Shown here piece after piece: positions 9,530 to 17,369 of a DNA stretch of 30,627 nt. Origin of the DNA: Promethearchaeota archaeon (GTDB taxonomy: Archaea > Asgardarchaeota > Lokiarchaeia > Sigyniarchaeales > SOKP01); NCBI GenBank assembly GCA_016926735.1, contig JAFGOA010000044.1:1-30627 (forward strand). Direction: 5' to 3'. The translations under genes were made by a program, and so were the position numbers. The first letter of the stretch is position 1. Each line of letters starts with the position of its first letter. The notes under the pieces are model-generated. The model searched no databases. It was not told the origin of the DNA and saw only the letters and a program-made list of their open reading frames with translations.

Positions 9530-10468
9530 TTGTTCTTAAGATTTAATGGTTTAAACAATGAATTTATGAAAAGAGTTTTTACAAGTAAAAATGAAAAGGA
9601 AGAAATAGAAATTATCGAAAAAAAATATAAATTATTTGAATTATATCATGACGAATTTCTCTTTAGATCATATTACGCTTATTCAATATTAAAAAGAATG
9701 AGATTATTGAAAGAAGTAGCTCTTAAAGCTCAATTTGAAGGGTTAAAAAACTACCTTAAAATATCAGATGAACAAGAAATATTATTTTCTTCTTTTATAA
9801 CACGGGAATATATTTATTTTGTTATGCCTTTTCTAAATACTATATTTATCTTACAAGATCGAATAATGATATTAATCGGTGAGTTTCTTAATATTAATGA
9901 TAAATTTGATAAATTACCAAAATACTACTATGATTATAAAAAAAAAAAAAATAAAATAATATCATTGTTTCCTAAACCACTTCAAACTTTATTAATTAAT
10001 TATTGGGAAAATCATGGAAAATTCATTAGACAATATAGAAATTTAGATCAACATCAATATCAGTTGTATTATCATTCATTTTATAAATTAAAACCCAATG
10101 AAGAGTATGTTATTTATTTACCTGATGAAATAAATCGGAATATGGCTCTACATGAAATAAAATACAAAAATAAAATTGTAGCATTGGACTTTTTTGAGAA
10201 GGAATTTAAAGCATTTCATGATTTTGTAGAAGAGATGTTAGAAAAAATTAAAATTCAACCCTCTGAAATACAACCAGGTTCCTCTTTTAGACCATTAGAA
10301 CATTTAAAAAATTATAAAAACGGAGATATCATCTCAACAATGATTATTGGTAATGAAACAATAGTTTTTCGAATAAACAATGAAAATGATCCAGATTCAG
10401 AAGCTAAACATCTTACTATACAGAAGGTTCCAAATAAAGTATCATCATTTAATTGGAAATTCAGATAA
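9530..10468 (+). CDS. Putative HEPN RNase (Cthe_2314-like pattern); start codon uncertain
   Basis: Helical protein with FLNTIFILQDRI helix and Rx4H motif YRNLDQH (nt 10037-10054). Confidence 0.65.
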   Translation: MFLRFNGLNNEFMKRVFTSKNEKEEIEIIEKKYKLFELYHDEFLFRSYYAYSILKRMRLLKEVALKAQFEGLKNYLKISDEQEILFSSFITREYIYFVMPFLNTIFILQDRIMILIGEFLNINDKFDKLPKYYYDYKKKKNKIISLFPKPLQTLLINYWENHGKFIRQYRNLDQHQYQLYYHSFYKLKPNEEYVIYLPDEINRNMALHEIKYKNKIVALDFFEKEFKAFHDFVEEMLEKIKIQPSEIQPGSSFRPLEHLKNYKNGDIISTMIIGNETIVFRINNENDPDSEAKHLTIQKVPNKVSSFNWKFR

Positions 10469-10647
10469 TAAGATTGGCTTTTATGAGGAACCCCTACTAT
10501 GATTTTCTTTACTTATTCCTTAAGTTTAGATAATCTTTTCTCCTAATTGATATTGTAAAAAAAAGAAAAATCTGCATTATTTATGAAAAATAAATTAATT
10601 AATAGTGGGTATAGATAATTACATATGTATCTCTGATAATGTTATAA

Positions 10648-12759
10648 TTGATAAAAATGAAAGTCTTAAAATGTTTAAAATGTGGAAAGGATTATGATCC
10701 AGTTTTTCGAATATATGATAGTAAGGTCTTTTGTCTTAATTGTGAATCATTTCAGATTAAAAAAGAGTTAGGTCCATTTGAAGGGCTCTTCTCAATTGGA
10801 AATAGAAAGGATAAATTAAATCTTTATAAAGCAGTTGATGAGATTAAAAACCCATTTTCAATATTCTGTCATCTCTTAGGTAATCAAGATCAATTTACAG
10901 AAGAATATTTCAAATCTGGATTGTATCCAGTAGAAATTATTCGGAGATGGACATATTCTCAATATCTACTTGAGATTATTTTTAAAAATAAATTATCTAG
11001 GAATAATTTAAAAGATTTAAAAGAAAATCAATATAATATAGAAGAGATAAAGATTGTAAGAGATAAATTATTCTTATTAACTGAAAAGGCATATAGTTAT
11101 GATAGATTTTCTGAAGATTTTAAAAATAATGAATTGATTTATCTTGATAGTGGATCAAAAATAGAACTATATCTTACAAAGGATAAATTCTTTTTTTCGA
11201 CTCCAAATAACATTTATGACGCTCTTATTCAGAAAAATCCTTTCTTTTATAATAATTATGTAATGGAATGCAAGGGATATGCTCCAAATATTCTTATTAA
11301 TGTTGATTCTTCATTGCAAGAATGGTCATTAGCAACTAAAATATATACTGATATTGCCAAATTTGCCTCAATTTATCCTATCAATATCAATGAACTTAAA
11401 TATCCAGAGTTATCTGCTCAGATTTTACAGACTCATGCTTCAGAGGACATAATGAAACCAATATCACCATCATTTCCAATAATCACTATTCCTTTTGATT
11501 ATCAAAATGAGTTCATGGATATATTAAGTCGTTTTGCTGCACTTGGATTCTTTCTGAAAGGAATAGAATATTTAGGAAAAAATTTTCAGGAAAGTTATAA
11601 AGAGACATTTGATTATTTCTCAACTTCATTCAAATTTCGCAGAATTTTTTATTCCTTTGAAGATTGCTATCTTACTACATCTGAAAGATTGGAATTTTTC
11701 TCAAAACTAATAGAAAGTCAATATCAAATCTCAAAAAAAAACGAGAAAAGAAATATTAGAAATTATCGTGGCATGAAAAAATTAGAACATAATATTTGGA
11801 AATTTGGTTTTCATATAAATGTGGATCATATCTTTAAAAATAAAGAACTAATGAGGAACATTAAATTAACCAGTGCGGAGGGAGAATTAGAAGTAGATGT
11901 TGTTTTTTATAATGATAATAAGCTTGAATTTATTGAATGTAAAAGTGATGTTGCTCTTAACCTAGTTAGACAAGAAGAATATTTAAGAAAAATGAGAAAA
12001 AAAATTAAACCTCTTAAAAAATATTTTGAATCAAAAGGATATGAAGTGGAAAAAATAATTCCATCTATGATATGTGAAGTCTGTGTTACTCCCCCTCCCA
12101 AAGACATTGATATTTATCTATCAGAGATGCATCTATTTGAAGTGTTGACCAGAAGAAATGGATTATTTGAATGGGATGGAAATAAATTCTTTGATAAATA
12201 TCCAATAATCGCACGATTAGGATGGGAAAATTATCTTTATTCTGACAATATCAATATTGATTTAAGTTATCTAATACAAAATTCTAAGACTTTTCTGCGC
12301 TCTACCACAATTGATGAATTAATTAATAAATATAAATATAGAAAAGAAGACTTATCAAAATGGAGAAATCTTGATGTATTGTGCATTTATGATGAAAAAA
12401 AAAAAGAAATTATTGATTTTATAATTTTACCCCCATATTATAGGCATAATTATAATGATTCTTACACTTGGGATAAAGCACTTGAATTTCATTCTTCTTA
12501 TTATGGTCAACGGTTTCTTCATATTGCTTCTAAAAATGGAATATTTGGATTTTGTCCAGAGTGTTTAATTTTCCCATTAGTACCAGTAGGATATGCATAT
12601 AAACCTGCAAGGTTTAGTGCAGAAGGAATTTGTCCTAATTGCAATAAATCGATAGAATTAGAAGCTTTTGATAAAGCTAGCTTTCATAAAAATGAGGAAC
12701 TCCTTAAAAAAGTCAAATATTCTTTCGATAAAAGATTAGAACCATATTTAATTGATTGA
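10648..12759 (+). CDS. PD-(D/E)xK nuclease-domain protein with N- and C-terminal Zn ribbons
   Basis: CLKC..CLNC at the N-terminus; GELEVDVVFY...FIECKS catalytic motif; CPEC..CPNC at the C-terminus. Likely start is ATG 10657. Confidence 0.7.
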   Translation: MIKMKVLKCLKCGKDYDPVFRIYDSKVFCLNCESFQIKKELGPFEGLFSIGNRKDKLNLYKAVDEIKNPFSIFCHLLGNQDQFTEEYFKSGLYPVEIIRRWTYSQYLLEIIFKNKLSRNNLKDLKENQYNIEEIKIVRDKLFLLTEKAYSYDRFSEDFKNNELIYLDSGSKIELYLTKDKFFFSTPNNIYDALIQKNPFFYNNYVMECKGYAPNILINVDSSLQEWSLATKIYTDIAKFASIYPININELKYPELSAQILQTHASEDIMKPISPSFPIITIPFDYQNEFMDILSRFAALGFFLKGIEYLGKNFQESYKETFDYFSTSFKFRRIFYSFEDCYLTTSERLEFFSKLIESQYQISKKNEKRNIRNYRGMKKLEHNIWKFGFHINVDHIFKNKELMRNIKLTSAEGELEVDVVFYNDNKLEFIECKSDVALNLVRQEEYLRKMRKKIKPLKKYFESKGYEVEKIIPSMICEVCVTPPPKDIDIYLSEMHLFEVLTRRNGLFEWDGNKFFDKYPIIARLGWENYLYSDNINIDLSYLIQNSKTFLRSTTIDELINKYKYRKEDLSKWRNLDVLCIYDEKKKEIIDFIILPPYYRHNYNDSYTWDKALEFHSSYYGQRFLHIASKNGIFGFCPECLIFPLVPVGYAYKPARFSAEGICPNCNKSIELEAFDKASFHKNEELLKKVKYSFDKRLEPYLID

Positions 12760-12909
12760 GTTAATCTCATTAATAAATAAGAATATAGAAAAATTTCATA
12801 TTATTTATGAAAAATGAGAGAAAGATTTTGAAAATCGTCTTTATAAAGAATTTTGGATTATTTTTGGAAACCCATATAAAAATAGAGAAAAAAAAAGAAG
12901 TATAAAGAA

Positions 12910-13899
12910 TTAGTTATTAAATTTTCTTTTGTAATAGGCACCTATAATGAGTGCTACAAATGCAATTATCCCCATAATCCCTACACTACTATAGAAAAAC
13001 GAGGGAGGAATATAAGGAAACAAAGACGCAGGATTATGGGTCTCGTTATTTGGACTATCCGAATCTATCTCACCGGTAAATGTCTTATTTATGAGAATTT
13101 GAATCGCTAAATTTATATATCGTTGAGCTTGGGTGGTATAAAACGTCATATAATACATTCCCTCCTGAGCTGTGCCAAACGGAAAGGTAATGGGCTTATA
13201 TATACTGATTATAGGTTCTTGATTATAAATGGTAAAGACGATATCTGACGGATCTGTTACATTTAAATCAAATGTAAAGGTCAAATCCTGCGAGTAGGCT
13301 ATTGGACTTATCCTCGTAAGCTCAATATGGTACATTGCATCAGACTCCAAATCCATCGTATAATTTACCGACTCTTCTTTTTCAATTACATAAAGATCTC
13401 CATCCAAGGAAAAATCCTGCTCTACTCTTATATGAATGTTTAAATTCGGACCTTCTATCTCGGTAAAAAGCAGAGTGTAATTTCCCTCAACTACGACTCC
13501 AAAAGGTACTGGATAATACTTGTTAAATGTCATCTGTTCTTCTGATTTATAGATATAGTACACCCTGCCGATTGGATCAATTAGAGTAATATTCATGTGA
13601 CAACTATGTCCATCAGTTACTACGGCAGAACTTACCCAATAGTTAAATCCCTTCAGAAAATAGACATGAATTTCTATTTGGCGTTGATTCTCATGGAAGG
13701 TATGCACTTTATCATGAAGGACACCTTCTCCTATCGCTTGGGATTTTATTGATTGATCCTTGATAATACTCGTTTCTCCAGAAGGATTAATACTTTGATG
13801 CATATCATTCTGAATAGAATTAAATCCTAAAAAAATAATTAAAACTGTAAAAAAAATCGCACTTACTTGATTCTTTTTATTGTCTTTTGGTATACACAC
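12910..13899 (-). CDS. Secreted/membrane-anchored surface protein with two tandem beta-rich repeats
   Basis: N-terminal hydrophobic segment; internal duplication (NITLIDP..YYIY..VPFG...EGNY and DLNVTDP..FTIY..FPFG...EGMY); C-terminal TM helix plus basic tail YYKRK. Confidence 0.75.
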   Translation of the reverse strand: MCIPKDNKKNQVSAIFFTVLIIFLGFNSIQNDMHQSINPSGETSIIKDQSIKSQAIGEGVLHDKVHTFHENQRQIEIHVYFLKGFNYWVSSAVVTDGHSCHMNITLIDPIGRVYYIYKSEEQMTFNKYYPVPFGVVVEGNYTLLFTEIEGPNLNIHIRVEQDFSLDGDLYVIEKEESVNYTMDLESDAMYHIELTRISPIAYSQDLTFTFDLNVTDPSDIVFTIYNQEPIISIYKPITFPFGTAQEGMYYMTFYTTQAQRYINLAIQILINKTFTGEIDSDSPNNETHNPASLFPYIPPSFFYSSVGIMGIIAFVALIIGAYYKRKFNN

Positions 13900-14148
13900 A
13901 ACTTTCCATCTCTCTATGTCGAAATTTTTAGGTAGATCGTTATTAGAAAAAGAATAACCCGAATATATATAAAGAAAAAAAGTAGATATCTGATTATAAA
14001 TTTTTATTTAATCAAAATTATTGATTATTTATTTAGAGAGGATATTTTAATGGTTGAAATAGGTTAAGACTGTAACTTTATAAAAAGACATCAATACTAT
14101 TTATTTTGTTATAAAATGTAATTAAAATAACCAAAAGGTGAGAAAAAA

Positions 14149-14940
14149 ATGGAACGAAATACAGGGTTAATTATTGGTATTATCGGATGTATCATTGGAT
14201 TTTCAGGTCTAGGTTTAGGAGCATATAATATAATAAATTCTCAAGTAATTGAAGGACCTCAAGGACCAGAAGGACCCCCTGGATCAGAAAATATGATTGA
14301 ATTGTCATCAGGGATATATACGGGATTACAGCTTTATGGGAAAAATGTATTAATCCCTGAAGGAAATAATGTTACATTTCAGAATGCCAAAATTCTAGGA
14401 GGAGAATTGTATGTATATGGAAATTTGACAATTATAGATTCTCAAATAGATCACTCTATCAATGGATATGGTAATGGGCAAATTAATATTACAGATATGG
14501 GGATGCTAATAAATATAGAACTTTTTTTATATGAAAATTCTAAGGTAATAGCAGACAATATAACTGCTTTAGATAATGACATTTGGAATGGATGCTCTTT
14601 TATTTTACATGGAAGTGCGAATCTAGTTATTTCAAATAGTATTGCAAATATAAAGGCTTATGATGAGAGTATTGTAAATGCTACTAATTTATCATTAGTA
14701 TCAGCTATTCGTTTATGGGGAAATTCTCGAGGAACAATAAAATCCTCTATATTAGATAGTTTTCGCTGTTTTGAGCAAGTAAAAGCGTATTTCTTGGAAG
14801 CATCAACAACTACGTATTTATATTGCTATGGAACGCCAAATCATTGTCCTTTTAATAATGCAACCATATACAAAGATGGAACTTCTACTATTATAAGTCC
14901 GCCAACTTTAAATGATGATGCTCAAATAATTGATATTTAA
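14149..14940 (+). CDS. Membrane-anchored surface protein with short collagen-like linker and putative beta-helix
   Basis: GGTGA SD at 14137-14141; N-terminal TM helix; GPQGPEGPPG; repeated beta-strand units (LYENSKVIA, LHGSANLVI, AYDESIVNA, LWGNSRGTI). Confidence 0.75.
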   Translation: MERNTGLIIGIIGCIIGFSGLGLGAYNIINSQVIEGPQGPEGPPGSENMIELSSGIYTGLQLYGKNVLIPEGNNVTFQNAKILGGELYVYGNLTIIDSQIDHSINGYGNGQINITDMGMLINIELFLYENSKVIADNITALDNDIWNGCSFILHGSANLVISNSIANIKAYDESIVNATNLSLVSAIRLWGNSRGTIKSSILDSFRCFEQVKAYFLEASTTTYLYCYGTPNHCPFNNATIYKDGTSTIISPPTLNDDAQIIDI

Positions 14941-14948
14941 ATTATTCA

Positions 14949-14966
14949 TTCTTTTTTCTTTTCTTT
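14949..14966 (+). terminator. Putative archaeal oligo-T terminator
   Basis: TTCTTTTTTCTTTTCTTT just after the stop at 14940. Confidence 0.4.
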
Positions 14967-15224
14967 GTTAAGGAAGATAATAACAATTTTTAGGATAATA
15001 ATCCTTTGAGATTCTTACTCTCTGAATAATATAATCTACTTTTAAGAAGTTTTATTTCTTTAGCAGTGTCTTTAAATTTTAGATGTCTCTCATAGTCTCA
15101 TAACTATTAATTTCAATGATCATTTAGATATATCCATTAAATTATAATTTTTAAATATACAAAAAAGATTATATTATTTTGAACAATTTAATATTAAAAG
15201 ACAAAAATTATATTGTGAACATAT

Positions 15225-16349
15225 ATGGAATTAAATAATGGAGAAGAGAATTTATTAATTAAGATCTATATTGGTCAAAGAATTAGATCTGAGGGCCTAG
15301 TAGAAAGTAGTCTAAATTCCGAAGAATTATCCAACATAAAATCTCTTATTGAGAAAAAATTAATAGAAAATTCATATTGGAAACCTTTTAGACACTATAA
15401 TTTATACTTAGTATCAAAGAAAGGAGAAGAGATTGCTAGTATATGTATTCAAAACATACTCGATAAATCTAACATAATAAAAGAAGTTAAAGAAATACCA
15501 TTAATTTTTCTAAAATTATATCTATTCCATGATGTAGATTTTTTTATACATAGAGAAGATCAAGAATTCGCAGAATTTTATTGGGATGAAGGTGAAAGAG
15601 AATTTCTTATAGAAAAAGGACAAGAAAATCGAAAAAAATTAATTAATTTATTTAAACAGCGAAATCTATGTGTCCAAAGCTATGATTATGTCTCAACTAA
15701 TGGAGGAGAATTAAGAGCTAAATATAATATTGTCCCAGAAATAGAAATAAAAGCATTTTTTGATAATACATTTGGTATTAAAGAAGGTCTTTCAGATGAT
15801 ATTCTTAAGCGATTAGTAAATGAACGTCAAGAAATAATTAAAAAAAGAGAAAATCTACTTTTTGAGGAAATTATTGATGATTTTATTCCAAAATATCCGA
15901 AAATAATAATGCAAGATCAAAAAAAAATAATGCCCTTATATGAACAGAAAGGAATATCTATTTTCTTAAGTTATTCAACTGAAGATGAAAAAATATTTCC
16001 AATTGAAGTAATAGCAGGAGAATTAAAAGTATATCATGATATTCAAGATGTCTTTTATTGGGAAAAGGATATGGATGATAATATTGTTGAATATATGGAT
16101 AAATATATAGAAAAGAGCGATATTTTTATATTATTTAGCTCTCCTAATGCAAAACTTTCGGAACAAGTTAAAAAAGAATGGACTGCAGCTGAAAGCTCAG
16201 ATAAAATAATAATACCCATTTTTGAAGTTAAAGAAGATATACCCACATTATTGAAACCAAGACGTGGGTTAAAATTCGATATCCTTAATCTTTCAAGATT
16301 CATTAATGAATTACATAAATTGATATTGAAAAAGCTAAAAATTGAGTAA
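15225..16349 (+). CDS. TIR-domain protein (C-terminal TIR, possible N-terminal wHTH)
   Basis: SIFLSYS, VFYWE, IEKSDIFILFSSPNAKLSEQVKKEW (catalytic-position Glu), KIIIPI. Confidence 0.88.
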   Translation: MELNNGEENLLIKIYIGQRIRSEGLVESSLNSEELSNIKSLIEKKLIENSYWKPFRHYNLYLVSKKGEEIASICIQNILDKSNIIKEVKEIPLIFLKLYLFHDVDFFIHREDQEFAEFYWDEGEREFLIEKGQENRKKLINLFKQRNLCVQSYDYVSTNGGELRAKYNIVPEIEIKAFFDNTFGIKEGLSDDILKRLVNERQEIIKKRENLLFEEIIDDFIPKYPKIIMQDQKKIMPLYEQKGISIFLSYSTEDEKIFPIEVIAGELKVYHDIQDVFYWEKDMDDNIVEYMDKYIEKSDIFILFSSPNAKLSEQVKKEWTAAESSDKIIIPIFEVKEDIPTLLKPRRGLKFDILNLSRFINELHKLILKKLKIE

Positions 16350-16805
16350 AAATCTATTAAAAATGATGCTCAAATCAAAAATAAAAACTTCAAATACCCT
16401 CTTTTAATAGAAAACCTTGAATTAGGTCATAAGTTTAAATATAAAGAATCTATTGAAGTATATCATATTAGATATATTGAGACATTAGGAGAAATAGTAA
16501 AAGAGAATCTCAGTAGATATAAAGAAGATCAAAAAAAAATAAAATTTAACTGTTTAAAAATAGATAACGATTATGGATAAGAATATTCCTCTTAGTTATA
16601 TAAAATATTAAATATTAAAAATTTTTATTCTATATTTGAGATAAGTAATACTTCTTAAAAAAGACAAGAAAATATGATTTAAAATTAAAATAATTTGGAT
16701 ATTTTTAATACTAATTAAGTTTAAAATAGGATAAATATAGCATTAGATCTTAAGTTGTTTTATTCTTGAATTAATAATATATAAGATTGAAGAGTTGAAA
16801 CAAGA

Positions 16806-17339
16806 TTGATTCACAGACCAATAGCGTTTGATTTCCTACAATTAAATAATAAAATAAGAGAATTTATGAACATCGAATTAGAATGGGATTTGAAAAATAA
16901 TCAATTATATAAGAGCCCAAGATTAACTCTAAAAGGATTAAATGAATTTCCAATTTTATTAAAGAAGGCTATTGAAAATGGTAATGATATCTCATTTAGT
17001 GATAATCTCAAAAATTTTTTTAAAGAGAATGAAAAACTTATTAGAGATGGAATTGGATATGAAAAAAAAATTCCATATGATGCTCATTTTGTATTAGGAC
17101 AAGGGCAATTTAATATATATTATATGCGAGCAATATGTCAAATGGCTATATCACAAGGAATAAAAACTGTGGAAGTTTATAGAGCTAAAAAAAGTCAAAA
17201 TCCGCGTAAATCATCTCAAAATCTTATAAAAAATAAAATAAATGCTAAAGATTTACTGGGAGATTTAAGAAATTCTGATTTTGGGTCTAAAAAATTCTCA
17301 TTAGGATTCCCAAATTCAGGATTAAGTGTTAAATATTAA
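16806..17339 (+). CDS. Hypothetical protein directly upstream of OLD nuclease (likely start ATG 16866)
   Basis: Long ORF with motif-like blocks GQFNIYYMRAIC, VEVYRAK..NPR and PNSGLSV; no function assignable. Confidence 0.7.
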   Translation: MIHRPIAFDFLQLNNKIREFMNIELEWDLKNNQLYKSPRLTLKGLNEFPILLKKAIENGNDISFSDNLKNFFKENEKLIRDGIGYEKKIPYDAHFVLGQGQFNIYYMRAICQMAISQGIKTVEVYRAKKSQNPRKSSQNLIKNKINAKDLLGDLRNSDFGSKKFSLGFPNSGLSVKY

Positions 17340-17369
17340 TAATTTCCTTATAAATGAAAATTAAAATAA

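Noticed and set aside
14254-14283. GAAGGACC-type 9-nt tandem repeat
   Set aside because: It simply encodes the short Gly-Pro-X linker; it is not a separate repeat element.
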